The notes under the pieces are model-generated. The model saw only the letters and a list, made by a program, of their open reading frames with translations. It was not told the origin of the DNA and did no database searches. DNA of 64,000 nucleotides from an uncultured virus (IMG/VR IMGVR_UViG_3300035698_024194) (lineage: Duplodnaviria > Heunggongvirae > Uroviricota > Caudoviricetes): the IMG/VR virus record IMGVR_UViG_3300035698_024194; one strand, 5' to 3'. A program made the translations under genes and the position numbers. This document shows, one piece after another, positions 1 through 8,327 of this stretch. Each line of letters starts with the position of its first letter. Position 1 is the first letter of the stretch.

Positions 1-95
1 TCAACTCCTCTCTTTTCACACCACTGTAACATTTTATGAATTATGATTGTATCTGGTACAGATTCTCTACAGAAAAATGCAGCAATTCCACACAT
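1..95 (-). CDS. Class II (Ntn) glutamine amidotransferase domain protein, 5' part only (runs off the window); possibly GAT-QueC or asparagine-synthase-like
   Basis: Not in the ORF track. ATG at 95 with a GAGGAG RBS upstream translates as MCGIAAFFCRESVPDTIIIHKMLQWCEKRGV(D), the Ntn-GAT N-terminus (M-C-G-I ... R-G-x-D). Confidence 0.8.
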   Translation of the reverse strand, partial: MCGIAAFFCRESVPDTIIIHKMLQWCEKRGV

Positions 96-97
96 AA

Positions 98-616
98 TTA
101 TATCTCCTCGTCTGGTAGTGATTCTTCAATTTCGTCTCCGTTCATTAACCAAATCTTTGGAGACATATGATCAAACAAATAGAATACTGGAGGATTATCC
201 GAATACAATGCAACTTCATCATCACATGCATATTCCAATAATACCATTCGTCTAATTTCATTTGGTTCCATTGTATTCGACATCATTTCCCATATTTTAT
301 CACGAACAGGACACAATTCATCATTCGGTTCCTTCCCATCAGGGTTAAGATGTGATGTGAATATCTGAAGCATAAAATCAAAATCTACTTTGAATTCAAA
401 TGATTCGTTTGTATTATTTCTCGTTATATGAGTTTTAATCTTCATCAATTCCGAATAATGATTCCATGAACCAATATTATGCTTTCTACAAAATTCTAAT
501 TGGAAACGGAGTGATTCATTCGATAAAGCAAAATCAGCCCGGCGAAAAGAGAAATTATGATTTTTCATAAGTTCCTCAATTATTTCATGTTTATCCATTT
601 TATTAACAGAAATCAT
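98..616 (-). CDS. Hypothetical protein
   Basis: 172-aa ORF, TAATG-coupled to the upstream gene. Confidence 0.7.
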   Translation of the reverse strand: MISVNKMDKHEIIEELMKNHNFSFRRADFALSNESLRFQLEFCRKHNIGSWNHYSELMKIKTHITRNNTNESFEFKVDFDFMLQIFTSHLNPDGKEPNDELCPVRDKIWEMMSNTMEPNEIRRMVLLEYACDDEVALYSDNPPVFYLFDHMSPKIWLMNGDEIEESLPDEEI

Positions 617-876
617 TATACACTTCCCCTTTCTTCAATTTTAAGAGCTTCCATTATGTCTTTAATACAATTAGTATGTCCATCTGTAAGTCTTAAAATT
701 TCTTTATCTCCAGGATCACTTTCACCATCCCAATCTTTTGTAATAAATAAAACTTCAGCTTCTCCTAATGAAAAAGTAACTTTATGTGGTCGATCTCTTA
801 AAATACGAGCTAACCTTTCTTCTTCAGGAAACTTCATAATAAATTTTCTAAACCCTTTAAAATTATCATTAGGCAT
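616..876 (-). CDS. Hypothetical protein
   Basis: 86-aa ORF with AGGAGG RBS. Confidence 0.7.
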   Translation of the reverse strand: MPNDNFKGFRKFIMKFPEEERLARILRDRPHKVTFSLGEAEVLFITKDWDGESDPGDKEILRLTDGHTNCIKDIMEALKIEERGSV

Positions 877-889
877 ATAAATACCTCCT

Positions 890-1075
890 TTACATTTGTC
901 TAAACTTTCCTTTATCTAACCAACAAACAGAATATTTGCTAGTTGCTGTATGACGAATCATAATATTACATTTTTTAGATTCAATGAGTTTTAATAATTC
1001 TTTACTTGTAATTATATCTCCTGATAATAAAGTTGAAATAAATGGGTCTCTCCAATATTGTATTTGATATTCCAT
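890..1075 (-). CDS. Hypothetical protein
   Basis: 61-aa ORF with AAGGAGG RBS. Confidence 0.65.
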   Translation of the reverse strand: MEYQIQYWRDPFISTLLSGDIITSKELLKLIESKKCNIMIRHTATSKYSVCWLDKGKFRQM

Positions 1076-1147
1076 TTTCCTCCTTAAAAAATTTTATAAT
1101 AAATACTTCGGTTCCACTTCCTTTTGCAGATCTCCTACTGTAAATTT

Positions 1148-1169
1148 ATATATTTACCAAGAAGTTGCC
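1148..1169 (-). promoter_or_regulatory. Putative early/middle phage promoter GGCAAC-N7-TAAATATAT
   Basis: Same bipartite motif and spacing at 18265-18286(-) and 45989-46010(+). Confidence 0.5.
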
Positions 1170-1177
1170 AAACAAAG

Positions 1178-1525
1178 TTAAAATGGAAGAGGTTCTCCTT
1201 TGTCTTTTGGGATTATAAGAGTCTTAACACGAGGAATTTTTTCCTGGTGAACTCTCCATACTCCACGCCTTATCTGGTGAGCATGTCCTGTATATGTTAG
1301 CATATCTCGGACAAATGATATTGATCCTTTACCTACAATGTTACATGATGCTTCAATTACTTGAGTCAACACCCTTCCTGAGATAAGTGTGTTTTTCTTA
1401 TACATTCTTGCAAGTACTTCAGCTACACCATCTGCTCGTGTTGATTTGATTTTGAGTTTAGATGTACGTGTTCCCATAAGATCTTTAACTTTATTTATTT
1501 TTACAAAATCAATTTCCCTTATCAT
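1178..1525 (-). CDS. Hypothetical basic protein (possible winged-helix DNA binder)
   Basis: 115-aa ORF, RBS present, ends in EPLPF. Confidence 0.6.
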   Translation of the reverse strand: MIREIDFVKINKVKDLMGTRTSKLKIKSTRADGVAEVLARMYKKNTLISGRVLTQVIEASCNIVGKGSISFVRDMLTYTGHAHQIRRGVWRVHQEKIPRVKTLIIPKDKGEPLPF

Positions 1526-2207
1526 CTTTTTTTTCCTCCTCTACAGGTTCACTTTTTTTATATAATTCAATTATCATATAACAATCACGATCATCCCACA
1601 TTACATCATGAATAATATCATTAATAACAAATGTCCCTTCTTGATGAATATACATGTTTGCTAATTCAGGGGTCCATATTGAACCATGGGGATCTAGCCG
1701 GGTATTACAAAGTTCAGTATTAATAATTAATGCTTGTTTCAAAGCAATTATAGGATTTTGCTGTGTCAAGATAGTCGGATTAGAAAGAGTCATTTCCATT
1801 ATCTTTTTATGATCAGGTACCATTATAACTAATATTCCCCCATCTGCTAACATTGAATGGCATCCTGATAATAATCGGCCTACTTCTCCTGCATCATAAA
1901 ACATATGTTCAAATATGCGATTTGCAATAATAAGATCAAACTTATAAGGATATACATCAATAAAATCAAAAATATCACAACTTATATTGAACATATGAGG
2001 TTCATCACATATCCTCATTGCCTTTTCATGAATTTTCATTATTTCTTGATCTTCAACGTTTCGTGAACAATCAGGATAACTACTATCCACATTTAAAATT
2101 AATTGATTTTTAACAGGCAACATCCAGTTATCAATTTTACCAGCACCCAAATTAAGTATTGTTTTTGCTTTAACTATCTTTTCTCTTAAAAATTCTTTCG
2201 CTATCAT
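1509..2207 (-). CDS. Class I SAM-dependent methyltransferase
   Basis: ILNLGAG motif I, NVD, FDLIIANRIFEH, LADGGILVIMVPD. Confidence 0.85.
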   Translation of the reverse strand: MIAKEFLREKIVKAKTILNLGAGKIDNWMLPVKNQLILNVDSSYPDCSRNVEDQEIMKIHEKAMRICDEPHMFNISCDIFDFIDVYPYKFDLIIANRIFEHMFYDAGEVGRLLSGCHSMLADGGILVIMVPDHKKIMEMTLSNPTILTQQNPIIALKQALIINTELCNTRLDPHGSIWTPELANMYIHQEGTFVINDIIHDVMWDDRDCYMIIELYKKSEPVEEEKKDDKGN

Positions 2208-2489
2208 GATAACATCTCCTCATCTAAAGATTCTTCGTTGTCTAAATACCATAAGGTATAACTAGTATTTTTCCACAATTTTTCAAACTTTTTGCAAAAT
2301 TTATTAAGTAATACAAAAGTCGCAGTTGTAGGTTTAAAATATTTTTTACTCCACCATGTTTCAAAATGATCTGAACATTTTAGAAATAACCAATCTAAAT
2401 TTCTTTAATCTTTTAACATCATATTTTCCATCATGTTCACACTTCTGCTTTCCATTTAACATTAAATCCACTTTTCCAATTTCAAACAT
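2204..2489 (-). pseudogene. Small gene apparently split by a +1 frameshift
   Basis: AAGGAG+ATG at 2489 opens 42 aa (MFEIGKV...FRSF, stop 2361-2363). The +1 frame continues (DWLFLKCSDHFETWW...DEEMLS) to a TGA overlapping the methyltransferase ATG (ATGA). Confidence 0.45.
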
Positions 2490-2500
2490 CCAATCTCCTT

Positions 2501-3214
2501 TCAAAAATAATAAAGTATTATAGGATCAATAAAATCTCTTATATACATATCATAATACTTTTGTTTATCAATTGACTTAGGATTAATGTCCCCCGTCTTT
2601 GCTTCAATCAAACCCATTCGCTTTGTCATTAATAATTTCTTATCTCCTTTTTCAATCAGGAATACATCAAGATCTTCTTCATTGAAGAAATCTTCTTTTA
2701 TTCTTTTGAGTTGTTTGAATAAACCTTTTTTGTTATAAAGATTTATTTTTTTAAATTTATCAAATACTTTTTCAATTCCAGGATATTTATTTCTCATGCC
2801 TCTTATAGATACGCCCTGTCGTGAAACTGTAATATATTTTTGTCTATCCAAAGCAATAATCATAAGATTAATATGTTCTCGCATATCAATTTTCATCATT
2901 GATTTATTATCATCAAGCATGCGTGAAATAATAAAACCATCTCGTTGTTTTAAAATGACTTCATCATTTAATATTCCATTTTGAAAAAGGTAATAATCAA
3001 CTAAAGAATCGGCACTGTCAGCTAAAAATTGTTGTAAAGCAGGATTGTCTATTTGTTGTTTACCTAAAGCAATATTTCTTTCTGCTTTATTTGTTTTATC
3101 TATTCCTTCCAAGTCATAATAAATTGACTCAGATAATTTATAATAACATGATTTAAAATCATAAGAAAATAAATCTGTTTGTATTAAATCACATGTTTGG
3201 TTTATATGCATCAT
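2501..3214 (-). CDS. Short divergent family-B DNA polymerase-like protein (palm/thumb fragment)
   Basis: YDFKSCY resembles motif A, KQRDGFII resembles motif C, and C-terminal IDKQKYY resembles the PolB IDxxYY; only 237 aa. Confidence 0.55.
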   Translation of the reverse strand: MMHINQTCDLIQTDLFSYDFKSCYYKLSESIYYDLEGIDKTNKAERNIALGKQQIDNPALQQFLADSADSLVDYYLFQNGILNDEVILKQRDGFIISRMLDDNKSMMKIDMREHINLMIIALDRQKYITVSRQGVSIRGMRNKYPGIEKVFDKFKKINLYNKKGLFKQLKRIKEDFFNEEDLDVFLIEKGDKKLLMTKRMGLIEAKTGDINPKSIDKQKYYDMYIRDFIDPIILYYF

Positions 3215-3228
3215 TCCTCCACTTTAAA

Positions 3229-3333
3229 AAAGGGTGAAATCTAATAATTAAGGACACTGCTTTCACACCGAGTTCGCATACTATCCCCTCACTGTTATGA
3301 CACCGCCCTTAATTATTTTAGATTTCACCCTTT
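3229..3333 (-). other. Long imperfect hairpin (~105 nt) followed by a U-tract; terminator, processing site or small RNA
   Basis: Arms aaagggtgaaatctaataattaagg (3229-3253) and ccttaattattttagatttcaccctt(t) (3307-3333), with further internal pairing. Confidence 0.7.
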
Positions 3334-3365
3334 CAGCATTTAAGTCGACAAATAGTTATTGCCTA

Positions 3366-4124
3366 CTATGCAGTTCTGATCATGATATTCTCAAGTTTGA
3401 TCAAATAGAGAATATCCTTTTTGGTTCTCATAAAAGTAAGAACTTCCTTCTTCATCTCATCGAGACTCTGGAAATCCTTGGTTGTCTCATATAAAGATTT
3501 TGCTTCTTTATTGAGTTCAGTTTTAAGTCTTTCAGTATCAGAAAATGTTACAGTTTCACCTTCCGGTGTAAATTCTTCTACCTTAGGATCGCCGCCCGAC
3601 ATTGGTACTTTTGAAATTGCAAACCGGGTTGTAGGAAATGAATCCTTATTTATTGCAAACTGCACACAATTGGTTTTCATTATATAAGTTCTGTGAGTAT
3701 CATTTTCTACCAGGATGCCTGATGGAAATATAACAATTGCTTTTGGTTCACTTGAGTGAAGAATTGCCAATTGTTTCGGATTTGCTATCTGTACTATTTC
3801 TGCTTTGCTCTCACAGGATCCAACAAAAAACATGTACTTATCTTCCGGTACATTCTTGAAGGTAATTGATTCAAGAGTAGCATTAAGAAGCTTATCCTTA
3901 TACATTGTCAGGTAATCAAATACATTTGTGAAATTGCCGGATACAACTGCTTCAGTAGGAATCTTCTCTTCTACTACATCAGTTTCTTCTACTTTGAGAG
4001 CAGCATTTGTTCCTGAATCAACTGGTATTGTTGGCGCTGCTTCGCCTTTAAGTTCATCTGAAATCAGATCACTCATTTTAACATTTTTGGGATCATTGTC
4101 CATTTGTAACTCCTTTACATTCAT
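3366..4124 (-). CDS. Hypothetical protein with acidic low-complexity N-terminus
   Basis: 252-aa ORF; start may be the second Met (AAGGAG RBS before MDNDPK). Confidence 0.75.
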   Translation of the reverse strand: MNVKELQMDNDPKNVKMSDLISDELKGEAAPTIPVDSGTNAALKVEETDVVEEKIPTEAVVSGNFTNVFDYLTMYKDKLLNATLESITFKNVPEDKYMFFVGSCESKAEIVQIANPKQLAILHSSEPKAIVIFPSGILVENDTHRTYIMKTNCVQFAINKDSFPTTRFAISKVPMSGGDPKVEEFTPEGETVTFSDTERLKTELNKEAKSLYETTKDFQSLDEMKKEVLTFMRTKKDILYLIKLENIMIRTA

Positions 4125-4193
4125 TGTTAGTTATTTTAGTTCCTTATAAAAATTACATCCTATTAAATATACTTGACCTCCTTCCTAAAAATA

Positions 4194-4250
4194 TTGGATG
4201 TATTAATGGTTACTATAAATTTATATTTTTAGTAACCATTAACCATCCAA
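4194..4250. repeat. Inverted repeat, ~22-bp arms
   Basis: ttggatgtattaatggttacta ... tagtaaccattaaccatccaa with an AT-rich loop. Confidence 0.75.
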
Positions 4251-4261
4251 GTTGTTTTAAA

Positions 4262-5044
4262 TTAACCTTTTATTATTGCTTCTGCTCTGTGCATATGAAT
4301 ACTTTCATCTGAAGCTACCTTAATTTTAAAATAATCAATATCATCAATAGCAGCTAATTTTTCATATACGCTTCTTGCTACATCCTCAACAAACATAGGA
4401 TTATCATATGCTCGTTCAGTTACAATCTTTTCATCAATACGTTTAAGAACTGAATATATTTCACATGAACATGATTGTTCACATATTTTTACAATATCTT
4501 CAATCCAAATCCATTTGCCATCATTCGGCCATATATCAGTTGTGATATAACACTTTTGATTATGAGCACCTGCAGTAGATATTTCTTTACTACAAGGGCA
4601 AAGTGATGTACCAACTGTCTCAACTGAGAACTTCCAGATATATGAAGATTCTGTTTTAGTACCATCAAATATTATTTTATGATCAATTAATCCTGGTTCC
4701 TTGCTTGCAGGAGCTAACTTCTCAATAAAATAATGAAACTCATAAATTACTTGACAAATTTCTGCTTTTGAAACTTGCCTGATATTTTCAGCAATATCCT
4801 TTATTATGGTACCATTTAATGACTGATTCAAATATTTATGAAGGCCAATGGGTAACCTACTCATATTAATACCTTTTTTATCACTAGCCAGGTCTACATA
4901 ACAAGAAACTTTTGCTACACTTGTTTGGATTTTGCCAGTTTCACTTTGAATTGAAATAGGAAGAGTTAAATGAGAAACCCCAACACGATTTAATTTAACT
5001 TTAACACGTGGGACACTTTGTTGCACATCAGGCATATTTTCCAT
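4262..5044 (-). CDS. folE2: GTP cyclohydrolase IB (FolE2)
   Basis: KGINMSR, TSLCPCSKEIS, GAHNQ, LKRIDEK, NPMFVEDVAR, ESIH motifs. Confidence 0.95.
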   Translation of the reverse strand: MENMPDVQQSVPRVKVKLNRVGVSHLTLPISIQSETGKIQTSVAKVSCYVDLASDKKGINMSRLPIGLHKYLNQSLNGTIIKDIAENIRQVSKAEICQVIYEFHYFIEKLAPASKEPGLIDHKIIFDGTKTESSYIWKFSVETVGTSLCPCSKEISTAGAHNQKCYITTDIWPNDGKWIWIEDIVKICEQSCSCEIYSVLKRIDEKIVTERAYDNPMFVEDVARSVYEKLAAIDDIDYFKIKVASDESIHMHRAEAIIKG

Positions 5045-8000
5045 TATTTGGATTCCTCCTTCTTACTATTTTGTTTTATCAATGCATCCAAAAGCTCAGA
5101 TTTAACTTCCACATCAGCAAAATCTGCTGCAGTTATACCCAAATCATATTCAGCTGGAGGAAGTTCTTGTTCATTGATTTTAAATCCAAGACCCATTGAT
5201 TGTTGCATACATTGAAATACTCTTAGTGATTGACTTACATGATCCTCTTTATGGTCATCCCATAAAAGGTCATCATTTTGTATCATCCCACCAATATAAT
5301 CATTTCTATATTTGATGGAATCCGATTTTGTAGTATTTATTTCTTGAAGATTTTCCATTGCATCATGAGCAATATATGACCACTCTTCCATTTCACCAAT
5401 TCTTTGTCCACCTTTTCTGATTTTACCATGAAGTGGTTGATTAGTTTTACTGGCATAAGGTCCTATACCTCTACAAGCGTGTTTATCTTTTGCAATATGA
5501 TTTAGTTTTTCAAAATACATAAATCCAAATGCTACATCATTTAAAGTATTCTGCCCTGAGATTGGCTCAAAGCAAGGATATTCATATTTAGATCCTGTAT
5601 ATTCCATTGCTAAATTTAAATCTTCAATCATTACAGACTGATATGGTGGCTGAATTAAATACCAATCATTAATTCTTTCTAGAAATTCATGAATTTTTAT
5701 GCTATTTAAATAAGCCTTCATCTGTTTTGTATAATTTTTTCTAGGTTGGGTAGTCTTATCAATTAACTCAATAAAACCAATAATATAATCATATATATGT
5801 ACCTGAAGTTCATTATACATTTCAACTTGTGATTCGTGTAGGTTATTGACATCAACATCAAGTTTCGTTTTCTCTACTATCAATTCTACACCGTCCACAA
5901 ATTTCTTTTTAATTGCTTCTTTCAAATCATAAAATGATTGAGATAAATGAAGCTCAAACAATTGCCCAACATTCATTCTTGATATAATACCTAATGGATT
6001 AATAATAATTTCTGCTGGTAACCCATCTGCACATAATGGCATTTTATCTTCTGGGACGATTATTGATATTACACCTTTGTTACCATGACGATTACCTAAC
6101 TTATCACCTATTTTCAAAGGCCTTTCATATATTGCAGTTATATTAATAAGTATACCATCAATGGTTTCACCTTTTATTTTATAGCGACCTTCTTCTTTAT
6201 TTGATTCATCAATTTCGAGATCAAGTAAAAATTGCTCTAACTCGTCTTTTGTTAAATGATGTCTCAAATTAGAAATAAGATCATTCTTCCTTTCATTTTG
6301 GGATTGTACTTTATTTTGTACCCAATTCTCAAATACCGGAAGAAGTTTATTTTTCTTGTGGACAAATATTTTTACATCAGCTACAATACAATTTTCATCC
6401 ACAGTCTTTTCACTTGGTAAATCAAATACACTATCATTATATCCATCTCTCTTATTACTTAAGGTTTTTATAATAGCATACACGTCTCCCTTTTTCATTC
6501 TATCTCCAACTACTGGGAGAGGTTTATAATTATCTGGATCTGTTTTAAGATCTAATAGCACTTTGTCTGTACCCAATTCAAATGTCAAATCAAGGTAATG
6601 AAGCGATGTAAACTTTTCCTGACATGCCTCATTTACAATTATACTATCTTCATAATTATACCCATACCACGGCATAATACAAGTTCTTAACTGACGACCA
6701 ATATTTAATCGCCCATCTTTTAAGAAATTACTTTCAGCTACAATATCACCCTTTTCAAATGTTTCAGGTAATTGTTCTTCAATTGGAAGCGATTTATTTA
6801 TTTCTTCTGAATTAAAATAAGTATTGTAATAATCTACAACACTTAGTCTACTCTTTTTAAATCCGATATTATATGCCCGGCATTTATTATTATCATACTG
6901 GACAATTACAACATCACGATCTTTAAATATAACTTTTCCATTTCGTTCTGCGTGAAATATAAAAGAAGTAAATTGAGTATACATACCTTCAACACCAGAT
7001 TGCATCCAAGGCACATCAAATTCCTTAAGCATAATAGAATGTCTCATTTGTGATGACGCCATCTGAAGTCTTGTAGGGTCATCATGCTCAAGAAAAGGAA
7101 TATGTGATATTGATAGTGATGTAATAACTGGACTCTTATTTTCTGGAAATAAACCATCTGAACACATTTCCATAGGAGGCACAATATATTGTAATGCTCC
7201 ACAATTTTCCCTATCACCTGTATCTGCAGGACAAATTCTTCCTCTCATACTAGGATGTATATCCCTTAAATAAGGAGGAATATTATCTTTCTTAAACCCT
7301 CCAGGTCCTGTTAAAGCAACACGACTCAATCTCGCTAATTCATCAAGAGGATTAAGAGGTGCTTCATATTGGATTACTGGAGAAGTATTGGCATTTACCA
7401 ATATTATCTTTGAGTTATTTGAAAATGTGTCTCTTCTTGATCTCTTAAGACTCATTATCATATTATAAAAATCTTTTGCTAAGAAATGATAAAGGAAATA
7501 TTCCATACATCTCAGACGTTTATTTGCAAGATTACAATCATCAATTGCAGGATTATTAACCGCCCATACCAATTCTTCAATAAGGTTATCACTGTGCATA
7601 TATTTCTTTGAAAATACATCTATCTCAGTAATAAGCAATATATTCTCAATTATTTCAGAATCAGTTTTACCTCTGAAATACTTATTGAATATTTTAGTTG
7701 TGTCAAGAACTTCATCATTGAGAAGTACAAACACATCCTCATATAATTGTTTCTGACTTTCATTTTCAAACACATCTCCGTCTTTTAATGTAAACCTTTC
7801 ACGAAGTGCGTCTGCTCCATATAGAGCATGTAAGAAAAACACAAGTGGTATTTTCTTATTGAATATATTTACTACGTAATAATATCCAGACCTTCTGTTA
7901 ACTACATAATCCATTTGGACTGTCTGGATATTGGTTCTGATTTTAAGAGTATTACCTCTTGTTATCAAAGGTTTATCAAACATCTGATAAATAGGAATTT

Positions 8001-8310
8001 TCCTATTCCCTCCAATATAAAAGTAATTACTCTGCAACCAAGGGATTTCATACTTTAACTCAATTGTTTTAGTACCCCCCTTGATTGAAAGCTCAATTTT
8101 CAAACTACGAGATATTGTTTTCTTTATCTCTGCCTGATCAGGTTTCTTCCGACTAGATAAAGAAATCTTTTGGATAATTATATCATACTTTTCAGCACAC
8201 TGCAACATGTCCTGAATAGTAGATACAATTTTAGCATCCTGGAATTCCTTTTGTCGGAAGTTGAAAACATTTTCTCTAGGTAATTTATACCTTGGTACAA
8301 TTAAATCCAT
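5044..8310 (-). CDS. rpoB: Multisubunit RNA polymerase beta subunit, set 1 (probably non-virion)
   Basis: RDIHPS..GRICP, HDD..R..M.S.QMR, GYNYEDS, GDKLGNRHGNKGVI, NPLGIISRMNVGQ, GGQRIGEME. Confidence 0.95.
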   Translation of the reverse strand: MDLIVPRYKLPRENVFNFRQKEFQDAKIVSTIQDMLQCAEKYDIIIQKISLSSRKKPDQAEIKKTISRSLKIELSIKGGTKTIELKYEIPWLQSNYFYIGGNRKIPIYQMFDKPLITRGNTLKIRTNIQTVQMDYVVNRRSGYYYVVNIFNKKIPLVFFLHALYGADALRERFTLKDGDVFENESQKQLYEDVFVLLNDEVLDTTKIFNKYFRGKTDSEIIENILLITEIDVFSKKYMHSDNLIEELVWAVNNPAIDDCNLANKRLRCMEYFLYHFLAKDFYNMIMSLKRSRRDTFSNNSKIILVNANTSPVIQYEAPLNPLDELARLSRVALTGPGGFKKDNIPPYLRDIHPSMRGRICPADTGDRENCGALQYIVPPMEMCSDGLFPENKSPVITSLSISHIPFLEHDDPTRLQMASSQMRHSIMLKEFDVPWMQSGVEGMYTQFTSFIFHAERNGKVIFKDRDVVIVQYDNNKCRAYNIGFKKSRLSVVDYYNTYFNSEEINKSLPIEEQLPETFEKGDIVAESNFLKDGRLNIGRQLRTCIMPWYGYNYEDSIIVNEACQEKFTSLHYLDLTFELGTDKVLLDLKTDPDNYKPLPVVGDRMKKGDVYAIIKTLSNKRDGYNDSVFDLPSEKTVDENCIVADVKIFVHKKNKLLPVFENWVQNKVQSQNERKNDLISNLRHHLTKDELEQFLLDLEIDESNKEEGRYKIKGETIDGILINITAIYERPLKIGDKLGNRHGNKGVISIIVPEDKMPLCADGLPAEIIINPLGIISRMNVGQLFELHLSQSFYDLKEAIKKKFVDGVELIVEKTKLDVDVNNLHESQVEMYNELQVHIYDYIIGFIELIDKTTQPRKNYTKQMKAYLNSIKIHEFLERINDWYLIQPPYQSVMIEDLNLAMEYTGSKYEYPCFEPISGQNTLNDVAFGFMYFEKLNHIAKDKHACRGIGPYASKTNQPLHGKIRKGGQRIGEMEEWSYIAHDAMENLQEINTTKSDSIKYRNDYIGGMIQNDDLLWDDHKEDHVSQSLRVFQCMQQSMGLGFKINEQELPPAEYDLGITAADFADVEVKSELLDALIKQNSKKEESK

Positions 8311-8327
8311 AATTCTACATCTCCCTT

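Noticed and set aside
3254..3306. Hammerhead or other self-cleaving ribozyme, tRNA, or preQ1 riboswitch in the hairpin interior
   Set aside because: No CUGANGA core, cloverleaf/T-loop or preQ1 consensus recognisable by eye; an Rfam search would be needed
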